Assembly: GCA_964016885.1 (NCBI GenBank)
Contig: OZ024749.1
Location: forward strand, 32,798,001-32,862,000
Direction of reading: 5' to 3'
From: Eledone cirrhosa
Taxonomy: Eukaryota
DNA length: 64,000 bases
This document shows, in pieces, positions 38,601 through 52,088 of the stretch (position 1 is the stretch's first letter; each line of letters opens with the position of its first letter). Under the pieces are notes generated by a model. It was not told where the DNA came from, searched no databases, and was given only the letters and a program-made list of their open reading frames with translations. Position numbers and translations under genes: made by a program.

Positions 38601-40131
38601 CAGGCACATTGGTAGAATCATTAGAATGTAGGATAGAATGCTTTGCATGTTCCTTCTGGTTCTCTGTGCTCCAAGTTTAATATATCTAAAGACTAAGTCT
38701 AAGTCTAAAATCTGTCTTAAGCCATTTAAGGTTCGTTAGGCCGGTGCTTATCCCAGTTGCAAGGTGTGAAGCGACTGAGAATACAAGACTCTCCCCTGGA
38801 CAGCTATTGGTGATACTCATTAAACCATCAGCTATTACTGGTACTCATTTTCAGCTGAGTATACTGAAGCAACACCAAATTGGCAGAGTTTGTTAGAATG
38901 TCAGGTGAGAATAATTTGTATTGTTTGTTCCAGCTCTCTGTTCTCTGAGTTCAAAACTTGCTGAGGTTAGCTTTGCCTTTCATCCTTTTGAGGTTGATGA
39001 AAAAAAAAAATACCAATCAAAAATAGGGGGAGGGGGTCGATTCTTCCTCTCTCTCGCTCTCTTTCTCTGGAAGCAGTCTGCTGTGTTCAGAGAAGGAGAG
39101 GGGATGGGATCCACCAAGTTGTTTAAAATGGCTAAGACAGTGTTACTATAACTCCATGAGGAGTGACTAGCTTATATATACATTCCTTATTGAAATATTC
39201 AATCCACATTAGGATTTTTTTCATATTTCTTTTTTATTCAAAACATCAATTTGAAAGTAAAAATATAAAGAAGAATTTTGAATCTATTTTTAGACTATAG
39301 CATTTTTTACAAGTGGGGCATTGCTAACATTAACAAAAATACTCTTAATGAAAATTAAAATCCAACACTAATTTTGATTATTTAAAGTTAAACCTACAGT
39401 TTGGGTCAAATAATTTGCCTTATTTTATGCAAGAAAAATCAAGAACACTGAACAATTAAAACAGCTGTACTATTAAGAAATTCGTTTCCTTGAGTTTTGT
39501 CCCTGTACACCTAAAAGATAAAACTTTCAAAATAGACCAAAAGCAAAAAAAATGACCACCGCATTTAGTTTTAAAAAAACCCTCAAAATTTGTGCAAGTT
39601 AATTTATTAATTGGCAGAAGTGATGTTTGCAAAAGGAAGGCATTTTTTTTTTCAGGCAAGCTGATATTACCAAACCCCATGTAATCCTTTCAGCTTCAAA
39701 ATAAATATTCATAGTTTGGATTCTCATAAGCTAAGAAAAAAAAAGAAAGAACAAGATGTTTTGTTTGAAAGCTACCACAATGTGAATTGGAAGGTAAATG
39801 TTAAAAATATGATAACAAAGATGTTTGGGGTGATAATTTGCAGTTCTTTATATGTCCTTATATTGGGATAAGATCATGTTCTTTGTTTTATTAGAAAGCT
39901 ACAGCAATCTAAATAGGATGTTAATTCTTAAAAATATAATGAATGATAAGGATGTTGGGATGTTACTATATAATGGTCCTTATATTTCAGGATTAAAATA
40001 CCTTTATCAAACTGATACAGAGCAGGATATTTTCTGTTGCTACAAATTAGTTTCTTCAATTATTTTTATATTTACTGCTGAATAGTTTCATTACCAATAT
40101 AGTTAGATTAAAATATTAGCTATTATTACAC

Positions 40132-41710
40132 TTTGGAATGTACATTTATCGTTGTCTTGACAAGACAATGGTGAGAACTTCCAACGATAGTGAAGGGTCT
40201 ACTGATGCTACATCGCTTATCTTGTTGACTGCCGCTTCATGTTTGACCTTTTGGTTCCTTAACTCCTTGTATTTATAATAAGTGTTAAAGTTAGAAGGAT
40301 GGATATATGAGGTTGATTTATAATCAGACCTGTGGTTATCGTCTCCCAAGAGGTTGGGGTCACAGGTCAAATGGAATGTACATTTATCATCATTGTCTTG
40401 ACAAGACAATGGTGAGAACTTCCAATGATAGATTGTCCGAGAGGCGAGAAAGCTCAGGAGTATTCCGTTATAAGGTTACTGGCTGAAGAATTTCACCTGT
40501 CAGTGAGATCTACAGTTGTATTAAGGGTAAACATGAACTGCCCCAATGGTTATCAACTGCCACTACACTCCTCATCCTCCAAAATAACCAAACCACTATG
40601 AACTTTTCAGCTGACCCACGTACACATATTATTACATAAATATTTCACATGAAAATAGAGAATCAAAAAGGAATAAAATATTAAGTTAACCCTAAATGTG
40701 TCACTCACCACAAGGGGTACCAGAGCCTCCCTATAATGTATTTTGAGGTAAGCCAACACATTGGAAGCATTACCGTGGGTGATAACGAATCGAAGGTGTT
40801 GGAACAACCAAGCACTCTCACGGGTAGCACCTGATAACCTCAGTAAGGAGAGCTGCCAACAATGATAAGAATTTCCACTCCAAACGTTTTAAATTTCACT
40901 GAATGGGCTGAAAAAATACACCTACTATTTTTTAATAATATGTTTTAATGTCCTGTCATACAAGTGCATTACTGGTGCTCATTTTATCAACCTTTAAGGA
41001 TGAAAGACAAATATAACTTCGGCAGGATTTGAACTCAGACTATAAAGGGCTGCAACTCTGCTTCAAAGCATGGTGTCTGACACTCTTACCGGTAAAATAG
41101 CCTCTTCCTTTCTTTTTCTTCATTTAAATATTATATAGGGACTGGGTTCCATATCATTCCACTGCAAAGTGGTCGTGGAGGTGCCACGGTAAAAAAGCAC
41201 CCAGCACTCACTGTAAATGAGGTTGGTGTTAGGAAGGGCATCCAGCTGTAGAAATCAAGCCAGAATCAGTTCCCGTCCCACCCTTGCAAGCAGGGAAAAA
41301 GTGGACGTAAAATGAAATGATGATGAAATGATGATACAGGATGTCCCCAAAATGTATATATTTAATGGCATTTTAATAAAATTGTGTATATATTTTTGGG
41401 GGACACCCTGTATAAACAATAAGATATTTTTACTTTTAGTCTTTATTTTATTTTTTTGTTGTGCTTGAAGGATTTAAATATTTATAATAAATATATCCAA
41501 CAAGGGAAAAAAAACTTATATTTCCTTATTGTTTTTTTTTATGCTGATTGGATAAACGCATCTTGCCTTGTAAGAATCGGTGCTATTTATTGTGAACATA
41601 TTCGATGACCTGTCAGTGCCAAGGCAACATGCTGTTCATGTAACAAGGTAACGCTCATTATAATTATTATATATAGTACTGGTTTTGTTTGTTTGTTTAT
41701 ATGTATATAT
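40132..41710 (-). repeat. Inverted segmental duplication, copy 1
   Basis: Reverse complement of 61750-64000, including near-identical ORF translation, shared SINE and shared MITE. Confidence 0.92.
41335..41412. mobile_element. Tiny Tc1/mariner-like MITE (second copy at 62917-62995)
   Basis: TA-cagg(a/g)tgtcccc ... ggggacaccctg-TA terminal inverted repeats. Confidence 0.7.
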
Positions 41711-41844
41711 AAACAGTTAACAGATATTAGATGTGTTAACATTTTTTCAAGAGATGTCAACTTGAATGGACCTATTATTTTTATCTAATGACATTTTTTC
41801 AAATTCCATCCCGCCCGTCCCCTTCTATTTTATTTCTCATTCTT

Positions 41845-41880
41845 TCTTCTGATGAAGGACGAGCGTCCGAAACGTTAAGA
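41845..41880 (+). ncRNA. Minimal type I hammerhead ribozyme motif
   Basis: UCUU-CUGAUGA-A-GGAC(GAGC)GUCC-GAAAC-GUU-AAGA; palindromic AACGUU stem III. Confidence 0.7.
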
Positions 41881-41979
41881 CCCTCTTCCTGCTATATCAA
41901 GCGTTAACCTAATATATACATTCCATATACTGTACCAATTGTGTTGTTATTTCCGTTTACCTTTATATATATATATAAA

Positions 41980-42242
41980 ATGTAAAGTGGTCATGTAGGT
42001 GTCACAACAAAAAGCACCCAGTCCACACTGTAGGGTGATCATGTAGGCGACATGGCAAAAAGCACCCAGCATACACTGTAAATGTGCTTGGCATAAGGAA
42101 AGTCATCCAGCCATAGAAACCAAGCTAAAATCAATTCTGTGTAAGCGAATCATGGTTCCCGGACAGGCTCCCTCACAAAGGGACAGCCTGTCATACCCAT
42201 GCTAACATGGAAAAATGGATGTTAAACGAGGGTGATGATGAC
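41980..42242 (+). mobile_element. SINE with RTE-like (ATG)n tail (family also at 41160-41335, 42595-42870 minus, 45927-46195, 48700-48840, 35150-35320 minus)
   Basis: Shared tgttaggaagggcatccagctgtagaaa...cccatgctagc.tggaa...gttaaacgatgatg core. Confidence 0.8.
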
Positions 42243-43742
42243 ATATATATATATATGTAACATTTAAAGATCAGAAGTGCTTTAATAATGTTGTTTGCCT
42301 CAATGCTGCTTAAAAGTAACTTGTTTATACAATTTATATAAGTCCAGTAATAACACCATGCAACAATTTTATCACAAGTATTTTGACGGTGGTACTTTTA
42401 GAAGTCAATAAAGTACCAGTTCAGTACTGGGGTTGATTCTTTCTCTATATCTCTTTCTTACTTCCTCTCTATCACTTTCTCACTCTGGAAGAAATTGCCT
42501 GTGTTCAGACCTGGATACTCCATCAGGTTTTAAAATACCCAAGAAATGTAACTACAGCGCTCCTATGACTCTACAATGTGTCACAGGTCCATATCATCAT
42601 CATCATCACTGTTTTACATCCGTTCTTCCACGCTAGCATGGGTGAGACGGGTTGTCCTGTAGTGGGCAGTGTCCAGTCGGCTGACCTTGTCTTGCTCATA
42701 CGGAAACTGATTCTGGCTCGATTTCTACAGCTGGATGCCCTTCCTAACACCAACTTCATTTACAGTGAGTGCTGGGTGCTTTTTTTCCGTGGCACCTACA
42801 CGTCCACTTTACAGTGTGGGCTGGGTGCTTTTTTGCTGTGGCACCTCCACGACCACTTTGCAGTGGAATGATAGGGACCCCAGTCCTGTCATCTCATTTC
42901 TACAGCTGAGTAAACTGGAGCAATGTGAAATAAAGTGTCTTGCACAAGGAAACAACACATCACCAGGTCTGAGAATTGAACTCACAACCTTTCAATTGCA
43001 AGCCCAATGCTCTAACCACTAAGCCTTGTGCCTTCATATAGACATACAAATCATAGTCGAATACAGAAATAAAGAAAAGCAAAGTTGACCTCATCAGGAT
43101 TTGAACTCAGAACACAAAGAGCTGGAATAAATGCCATAAGACATTTTCACCAACACTTTACCGACTCTACCAATCTATTGATAAATATCAGAAAGATTTT
43201 TAAAAAGTTGCAAAAGACAAAAATAAAACACACAATAATCATGGAAGAAATATCAAAATATTTATTTAAGGCAAAGATTCCAAAGCATTTTAGAACATGG
43301 ATCCTTTTATAGAACCCCCACCTACCTCACTGACCCCAGACATGTGATAAATCAGCAATTCAGAATATAAAATACAATAGACGATAAAGACTAATTATAC
43401 ATAAATCTGAAACTCAATTAAGCAAGTTCTGTTTTATTGTATTTTGTATATTTTTATATAGTATATTTCTTATATAAATGTCAGGTTTTGGCCCCAAAAC
43501 TTGATTCATTCATCAATTTGATGACCCTTAGAATCTTTAAGAAGTTTGAATTGGCTTCTTGTGTTATTGCTCTTTTCTCATGATGATGGTTGTTAGATTT
43601 CCATTCTCATCAGTGCAGTGTATTCATATAAGTATATGCTTATGTCTTGTGTGCATGTATGTGTGTTTGTGTGTGTATATATCATCATCATCACTATATA
43701 CATACATAGATGTATGTATGTATGTATATATATGCATGTATT

Positions 43743-43778
<36 letters not shown>

Positions 43779-43780
<2 letters not shown>

Positions 43781-43900
43781 CGCGTGGCTGAGTGGTAAGA
43801 GAACTGGATTCAAAATCGTAGGTTGTGAGTTTGATTCCTGGACGGGGTGATGCGTTATGTCCTTGAGCAAGACACTTTATTTCACGTTGCTTCTTCTACC
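43779..43900 (+). mobile_element. tRNA-derived SINE head
   Basis: A box tggctgagtgg, B-box-like gtttgattcc, then gtccttgagcaagacactt; related minus-strand copy at 42880-43035. Confidence 0.75.
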
Positions 43901-44139
43901 TGGAGTTGTGACTGATAGATAGTATTAGCAATGGGAAAGAACAACGGAAACATTGTGTCCTCAGTCCGATTTGACGAAAGTCGATCGACTGTCATATATA
44001 TATATATGCATGTATGTAAACCTACTATAGTCAGTAGGCATCTCTATCAAAACACCCCCCCCCCGTCACACCACCTCCACCCCATCCACACTGCCCCTTT
44101 CAATGTAAAGTTATGTTGGTCCCACAACATCCAGGCCGA

Positions 44140-44740
44140 AACAAATGTGATCGTGTAGGTGTCACGACAAAAAAACACACAGTCCACGCTGTAAATGTGG
44201 CCGTGTAGGCAACACGGTAAAAACCTCCCAGCCCCACACTGTAAATGTGGTTGGTGTTAGGAAGGGCATCCAGCTGTAGAAAACCCGCCAGACAGTCCAC
44301 GCTGTAATGTGGCCGTGTAGGCAACACGGTAAAAACCTCCCAGCCCCACACTGTAAATGTGGTTGGTGTTAGGAAGGGCATCCAGCTGTAGAAAACCCGC
44401 CAGACAGTCCACGCTGTAATGTGGCCGTGTAGGCAACACGGTAAAAACCTCCCAGCCCCACACTGTAAATGTGGTTGGTGTTAGGAAGGGCATCCAGCTG
44501 TAGAAAACCCGCCAGACAGTCCACGCTGTAATGTGGCCGTGTAGGCAACACGGTAAAAACCTCCCAGCCCCACACTGTAAATGTGGTTGGTGTTAGGAAG
44601 GGCATCCAACTGTAGAAAACCCGCCAGACAGTCCTATGCGAGCAAGACAACCACTCTTGCCTCAAGTGGGAAAACCCCCGTCCAAACCCATGCAAGCGTG
44701 GAACACGGACGCTAAACCTGATGATGATGATGATGATGTG
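44140..44740 (+). repeat. SINE with ~4 internal tandem copies of a 112-bp segment
   Basis: ggccgtgtaggcaacacggtaaaaacctcccagccccacactgtaaatgtgg repeated at a 112-bp period. Confidence 0.92.
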
Positions 44741-45027
44741 TGTGTATATATAATATATATATATATATATATGTATGTATGTGTATACATAGATCTTGCT
44801 GGCGAAACGGCCAGAGCTCAGCTGTTGGGGTCCTGACTCTTTTCCTATTACCCATTAACACAGAAATGTAAAAAGTGGGAGTAACTGGAGTAAAGAGAAG
44901 AGTAGTATTAGTATAAGACAAGGAAAGGGTAAAGTAAAATATAAAATAAGTAAGATGTGAATTAGATAAGGAAGAGACTGATAACTAACTACAATGTGAT
45001 AAAGATGAAGGGAGTGGTGGATAAAAG

Positions 45028-45936
45028 ATGAATGTTCATTGCCAGGGAACGTCTGCACGAACCAATGTATCATCTTCCTGTCTTCCTTCGGTTGCAACGT
45101 TTTTCGAAATATTTACTTCTGCGAAATCCATGAATGTAGGCACTTTGAAAGGTCACTCTAATGAGGTTGTAGAGATGCTTGAACGTAAGGAAGTTGATGT
45201 TTGTTGTGTTCAAGAGACTAGGTGGAGGGGTGAGTCTGCTAGATTCATTGTGAGTAAAAAACGATGCTTTAAACTTTTCTGGGTGGGAAATGACAATGGG
45301 CTGGGCGGAGTAGAAATTATGTTAACAGAAAAATGGGTAGATAAGGTAATTGCCATAAATAGAGTGAATGACAGAATAATTAAAATAAGACTAGTCCTAA
45401 ATAGAACTACTGTGACAATAATATCCGCTTATGCACCCCAATCTGGCCTACCTGACGTTATAAAAGACAAATTCTATGAGTCGCTAATGCTCACTACCTC
45501 CCAAATAACCGACAGTGACTACATAGTTATTGCTGGCGACCTAAATGGTCATGTTGGACAACATTGTGATGGCTATGACGGAATCCATGGAGGCTATGGG
45601 TTTGGTACTAGAAATGAGGAAGGCTTCAGAATCCTGGAATTCTGTGACGCTAATAACCTAACTATCTGTAACACAAACTTCAAAAAACAAGACAATCACT
45701 TGATAACCTATAGATCAGGGGAACACGCCAGCCAGATATATTATATCCTTACTAGAAGACGTGACAGAGTGTCTGTTGCAAACACTAAATCCCTCCTCCA
45801 TGAAGAATGCACCTCCCAACATAGCCTCATAGTTAGTGACCTCATAGTCAGGACTAAATGTACTCGACAACAGAGGAGGACTACCCTGATGAGAAGAAGA
45901 TGGAAGTTGAAGGACCCCACAGCCAGTAACAAATGA
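45028..45936 (+). mobile_element. RTE-type LINE apurinic-like endonuclease ORF (302 aa, no RT attached)
   Basis: APE motifs SMNVGTL, CVQETRW, ISAYAPQ, IAGDLNGHVG, SQHSLIV. Confidence 0.92.
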
Positions 45937-47149
45937 GGTCGTGTAGGTGTCACGGCAAAAAAAACACACAGTCCACGCTGTAATGTGGCCGTGTAGGTAA
46001 CACGGTAAAAACCTCCCAGTCCATCCTGTAAATGTGGTTGGTGTTAGGAAGGGCATTCAGACGTAAAAAACCTGCCAGACAGTCCTATACGAGCGAGACA
46101 CGGTCACCCGACCAATCTTGCCTCAAGTGGAACAATTCTCCTCTAAACCCATGCTAGCGTGGAAGATAGACGTTAAACGATGATGATGATGATATATATA
46201 TATTGAAAAGGGTACCTATACATGGCAAAAATCTGAAATTCGTGTATAAACTGAGGAAGCTAAACAACACATGTGGAGATGATGCAGTTTTGAAACTGTC
46301 ATGAGTTGAAAATATATTTAGGAAGTTTTAATATTTTGTTATTCAAAATGTTTTAAGTGTCATTTAGATCAGTCATGGGAAACAAGAATTTGGAAGGTTT
46401 TAGTTATATAACTGATTTAAAATTATATTATATTATTTTATTTTCATTTATTTATTTATTTATTATATACACATTTACAATTATGCAGTTGAAAAGAATA
46501 TTCTAAATGGAAATTTAAAGTATACAAAAATATTTCTTTTTTTTTTCTCCATATTCAGCAGTTTTCAGATAAAGACCTAAAAATAAAAATAAATAAATAG
46601 ATTCATTTTTTTTAAAGTTGTAACAATGGCAGTGCTCCAGCATGGCCTCGGCCAGGCTGGAACAGGTAAGAGTAAAAAAACTGAAGAAAAATTATTGTAT
46701 TACTTCTACATTTAACAGAAAAAAAAAATATTTTTAAGCTTTAAAAAGTTAGAGATTTTAAATATAAGGAAATTAAATAATAAATATTTATGCACTGCAC
46801 AGCATAAATTTTATAAACTCCACTGTGAGGCAGTGAATTGTTAGAATTGTTAGAATGTTGGCTGGAATGCTTTGCAGTATAAGTTCTGGCTCTCTGCTAT
46901 CACCATTTAATGTACTGAGGCTAGACAGGTCAAATGACCATGTCCTACTTGTATGCTCATGGCTGGATGGCTTAGTTTCTATGTCCTTCCTAATCCCAGT
47001 ACACACTTCACCATGATATTGTCATGGCATTAAATCAGAGGTTCTAAAACTTTTGCTACCACCCCTCTCACGGCCACATAATGCCCCCCCCCCCCATCCC
47101 ACGCCCAACCTATTTCCAGAGAGACCTACCTACACACACGTGTAAATAA

Positions 47150-48190
47150 TCTATATATATAAAACTGTGGTTGTCTGTCTGTCTATCGAATTTTGGCACA
47201 CATCTCCTCTTAGAATCTCTCACGGAATTGCACCGAAATTGCTATACTTGTACAGTGAGCCCTAGCGAAGACATCGGAAAAAAAAAATTTCAAATTGACC
47301 CACCCTATGTGACGAAATCGAATATAATGTATCGATTTTTGAGCGTAAGTTATCAGTTATTTCCCTTTGTTCTGTTTACATTGAGCGTCTTACGTAAAAA
47401 ATTACGCTGGCTTTCTCAGCGTTTAAAATGAGCCAGCAAAATATTGACCTGCAAAATTCATCAGTTCGAACACTAAGCTTCCGTTTTGCTTCATTTCCAT
47501 TTAAAAGCATTTTAAAACAATATTTTTACTTGAAAACAAGTCTATTTAAAGACTACGTAAAACAAGCAAATATTTCGTCGTTAGGCGTGCAGACAGACAG
47601 TCGTGCAGACAGACAGTCGTGCAGACAGACAGTCGTGCAGACAGACAGTCGTGCAGACAGACAGTCGTGCAGAGAGGTGATATAGGCGTGCAGACAGACA
47701 GTCGTGCAGAGAGGTGATATAGGCGTGCAGACAGACAGTCGTGCAGAGAGGTGATATAGGCGTGCAGACAGACAGTCGTGCAGAGAGGTGATATAGGTGT
47801 GCAGACAGACAGTCGTGCAGAGAGGTGATATAGGCGTGCAGACAGACAGTCGTGCAGAGAGGTGAGATAGGCGTGCAGACAGACATAACTGATAATTTGG
47901 TTACGCTAATGTTTTTCTCTGCGTTGCAGTGTTTACATTTTCGATCTTTGTTAATAAATAACCAGTGCAGTTTCTATCCCCAGCATCCTCTTTTGTTATA
48001 ACATTCGGGTTATCGTTATGTTTTCTTAACTTCATAAGGCATATTGTTGGTTGAGGGAATATTAATCAAAAACACCACATGCAAGTCTGCACAGTAGACA
48101 CTACAGTTTTTAAGCCAAGAAAGAAACTTAACATTGTAACTTTAACACAGCTACTGAGCGACCCCGAGCAACGCCGGGCTTTACTGCTAG
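47150..48190 (+). mobile_element. Non-autonomous Helitron-like element containing a minisatellite
   Basis: 5' TCtatatatataaaa...(ctgt)n; 3' hairpin cccgagcaacgccggg followed by CTAGT. Confidence 0.78.
47584..47885. repeat. 16/32-bp minisatellite (cgtgcagacagacagt / cgtgcagagaggtgatatagg)
   Basis: Direct inspection. Confidence 0.95.
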
Positions 48191-48427
48191 TAAGTGATAA
48201 AGGAAAAAAGTGAATGAAACACGAAGTAAAAACAGAAATAAGGAAAATTTGTTCCCTTCATTTTGTACGAATTCACATAAACTATCATATGTGTATTCAG
48301 TTTGATGAAAAATAAATAGTAGCCTATCAGCTGTATTGCAGATTAGCATTATAACTGGTGGAAATATTCCCACACTTCCCGTTTCCCAGAATGTAATGGC
48401 CCTTTTCAGTCCTTGAGCTTGAGACCC
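48128..48427 (-). CDS. Possible next exon of the unidentified minus-strand gene (GSQAQGLKRAITFWETG...); 3' end uncertain
   Basis: Acceptor tttatttattgcag in phase 0 matches the phase-0 donor at 52089; frame open; no clear donor. Confidence 0.35.
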   Translation of the reverse strand, partial: GSQAQGLKRAITFWETGSVGIFPPVIMLICNTADRLLFIFHQTEYTYDSLCEFVQNEGNKFSLFLFLLRVSFTFFLYHLLAVKPGVARGRSVAVLKLQC

Positions 48428-49099
48428 CTGCAATAAATAAATCAGTCAATTCGTAATAAGTTATAGGAAGACTTGCAAATTACTTACTAACAGTAAATGG
48501 AGATGAAGCAAGGCATGTTTGCTTATATCTTTTTAAACGTGAGCTTTATGATGCCTTTCTTGCTTTTTATCTGATATAAGAGAGAAAAGTAATTTCATGT
48601 ATTATTTCTACATTTGTCAAATGAACAATTACTCATACCAAAAAATATAATAATTAGTCGTACAAGCAAGTATTAGTAATGTACACGAACGGCAAAGCAT
48701 AAATGAATCCAGCCATAGAAAACCTGCCAGGGACAGTTCTGTAAGAGCGAGACACAGTCTCCCAACCAATCCCACCTGAAGTGGAACAAAACCATCCAAC
48801 CCATGCTAGCGTGGAAGATGGACATTAAACGATGATGATATATATATGTATATATAAAAAGGTAAGAATCGAAGCAGAACGGAAGCATACTTAAAGAATC
48901 CCCACTTCCTCTCCAATTCGACAAAGTGATTGCTTATTGATTTGCGAAATATACATATCCACCGACTAGTATCAACGTACACATTCTTACCTTTTTTTCT
49001 ATAACCTCTGTTTTGTATAGAACCGTACCCCCTTTTCAAATATATATACATATTATATATATATTTCAAGCAATCAACATCTAATGTCCCACTGTCTGC

Positions 49100-50380
49100 A
49101 TATTACACATCTTATTAATTCCCCTCTGATGATGACATGTTAGACTTAGGTAATTTTGTCTAATGCCTCTGAAATGTACATAATGGTCATAATTTAATAG
49201 ATTGAAGTACGAGGTTTACAAAAATTGTTGATATTAATTCATCGATCTATGGCTGTGACTCACCCACTCAATGAATCTATAAGATTGTAGTAGTGAAACT
49301 GCATCCCATTGTTCGGAGTGCACACATTTTAGTTAATAGCAAGTGCAGTGGTTGTGTTTTGGTACAAATACGTTATGCATCTATCTCTTGGATGGAATCC
49401 ATTGTATTCAGTGGGTGGTGTAGATTATAATGCATACTTGAAGCTTCTGATGTAGCTATTGTTTGCATGCAAAATATCTTGCAGATCAAAGATTAACTCT
49501 TCTTTAAAATTTGGAAGGTTAAATGACCGTTGGAAGGTTAAATGACCGTTGGAAGGTTAAATGACCGTTGCCACAAAATATAGCTGTAAAAACTGAGGAT
49601 TTTTGCCTTCAGTTGGCAATAAAGATCCAATACGATGGTATACTTGACATTGAATTTTAAAAGTTGGCTTCATGTTCCCTTCTATTATAATATTGCTACC
49701 AAAGGAGATCATTTGGAAAGCAGAATTATAATTCCCAATGTTTTTCAAGAAGTGCATGCTCCTTGGTGTGTTTCCCCAAAACAATGCTTTCAATGTATCT
49801 GGGAGTATTCCAAATGTCTGTAAAACAACCGTTCCTCCACCACAACACATAGTGGTGGTTTCTCTTTCCCATTTCTTTCCTTTACAAAAATTGCACTCTT
49901 TTGACATTGCTCCAATATCAATCAATTTCTCTGTAGAATAATCACGTTTTGGATCATAGTTGATAGCTGTTCAAGTCCCCTTGAAAGGTGCAACTCTTTT
50001 GTCAAATGTATTCAACCTATCTAGCTCAAGACACGTCTTTCCTCTGAGGATTGGCAAAGTCTTGCAGCAACTGTTGGCTCCTGGTTTTTTTCTTTGTCTA
50101 ATCTCTCACTAACCTATTGTCTCATTGGCAACTCCAGAACTTTTCTTTGTCTTGCATCCTTTAAACGTTTTTCTCTTTCCTTTTTTGACTCTTGGCTCCT
50201 GCAGATTGCATTTTGTTGACATAATTGTTCTAACCATTTTTCCCTTGCCTCTTGTGACTCATTGGCCCTGCGTGTAGCTGCTCTCCTCCAGTCGTTTTCA
50301 GGTCTTTGCTGTCATAGTGCAGGGATCTCTTGTGACCTTGCTCTGGCTACCTGTACTTGTCTTTGCTTCACTGTAGAATA
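49100..50380 (-). mobile_element. Decayed Helitron Rep/helicase N-terminal region
   Basis: CNFCKGKKW...MCC zinc motif and FLKNIGNYNSAFQMISFG...FKIQCQVYHRIGSLLP, typical of the Helitron RepHel N-terminus; interrupted by a 21-bp triplication at ~49515-49570. Confidence 0.88.
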
Positions 50381-51319
50381 CTGATCATCTACATCTACCC
50401 CATCTCCTCTTGTAGAGAGTGCGAACATTTTTCTCAGAAACTTTTATGAAAATTAAAATAGGGATTAAATGAAAACATGAGTGAAAGTTACATGAATTCT
50501 TCATAAAAGTGATTGAAATAAATGGGAATTGTGGAATGCCACATGCACATGCACACATGTGCACGCAAATGGACACATCAGTATCAAACACATCGTCTAT
50601 CTCTCTCTTTCTCCCGCTATCCCCCTCTTTTTCTGCCGGCTTTCTTTCAACTTCTATAGAACATACATACAGTATCAAACACACAGCATCTCTCTCTCTC
50701 TCTCTATCCTCCTCTCTTTCAACTTCTATAGAAACTTGTTCTCTCTCTCTCTTTTTCTTAGTGTTTCTCTCACTCACCCTCTGTAACACTTCCTCTCTTT
50801 TAGTATGTCTGTTTCTTTCACTCTCTCTCTCTTTCTAACCCACTCAAACACACACTATTTACATTTCTCCCTTTTATCGAAAAATTTTGTGACGAACAAG
50901 GAGATGGAGGAGGAGAAGTAAAGGGCCACTTCTTCACTTTGCCTCTCTGTTTCTTTCTCTCCCCTCTCACTCCCGCATTAGCATTATGCACAGACATCTG
51001 CTAATACATATATATACATGTGTGTGTGTGTTTGCGTGTAAACCAGCATTACCATTCTCTCTCTCTATCTGAATATCTAACACTTTAATTGAATCTTTCT
51101 GTATAACAGCCTCTCCCTCTGTGTCTCTCTCTCTTTAGATGTGTGTGTGTGTGTGAGTGTGTAATTGTCGTGGGACTAAACCAACCAACTAAGAAACATT
51201 TCTCTTTTATATTATATATAGATAGTATACCAGGTCCGAACACAATGGAACCAAACACCCACTGTCACTGCCTCTGTCTCTCCCGCTCTCCCCATCTCTC
51301 ACTATTGTGAGCAAATGGG

Positions 51320-51730
51320 GGCCCATGCACTGACCACCCTGATGGACAGAATAGAGAAGGTGTTTCCCTGGAGGATGGTGAGGGAGACGCGTTGGAAGAG
51401 CCATTCCAGCTCACATCTTTGGGTAGCCAACTCTGTGCTGATGGTGGTGAGTAGGAAGGTGATCCTAGGGCCAAGGACACCAGAAGTCTATACTGCTATG
51501 GACTTGACCGCAAACCTGTTTGAGAGCAACTGATATTTGGAGAGTTTACCCCCCTCGGCCCTAAGTGCAGCAGACTCTGGGTTGGTCGCAGACTGCACCA
51601 GGTTGCTGCATGTGGCATCCCAGATGAGGGATTTACCACCGCAGAACAGGAAGATTGTCATGCCATCCCCTCGATCCAGCCCCATTGGTTCAAGGTGGGA
51701 GGGGAAGCCTGCAGCATCCAAGCCATGCTT
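51320..51730 (-). mobile_element. Fragment of the restriction-like endonuclease domain of a CRE/NeSL-type non-LTR retrotransposon
   Basis: LEPMGLDRGDG..GKSLIWDATC..AALRAEGGKLSKYQ..F..IAV*TSGVLG pattern. Confidence 0.7.
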
Positions 51731-51734
51731 TATA

Positions 51735-52066
51735 ACACATTAACACACCAGTGTTTACACAATACATTAACACACCAATGTTTATACAACATCCTAACAC
51801 ACCGGTGTTTATATATCTCCCTAACACACCAGTGTTTATATATCTCCTTAACACACCAGTGTTTACACAACACATTAACACACCAGTGTTTACATATCTT
51901 CCTAACACAACATCCTAACACACCAGTGTTTATATATCTCCTTAACACACCAGTGTTAACACAACATCCTAACACACCAGTGTTTATATATCTCCCTAAC
52001 ACATCAGTGTTTACACAACATCCAAACACACCAGTGTTTACTGACCATCCTAACACACCAGTGTTA
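51735..52066. repeat. ~27-bp minisatellite (taacacaccagtgttta...)
   Basis: About 12 imperfect copies. Confidence 0.95.
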
Positions 52067-52088
52067 ACATAATTATAGCTATACTTAC

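Noticed and set aside
43779-43850. tRNA gene
   Set aside because: A/B boxes are present, but there is no cloverleaf and a SINE body follows
47581-52072. Repeat-peptide ORFs at 47581-47886 and 51690-52072, and minisatellites as CRISPR-like
   Set aside because: Simple minisatellite translations with no unique spacers
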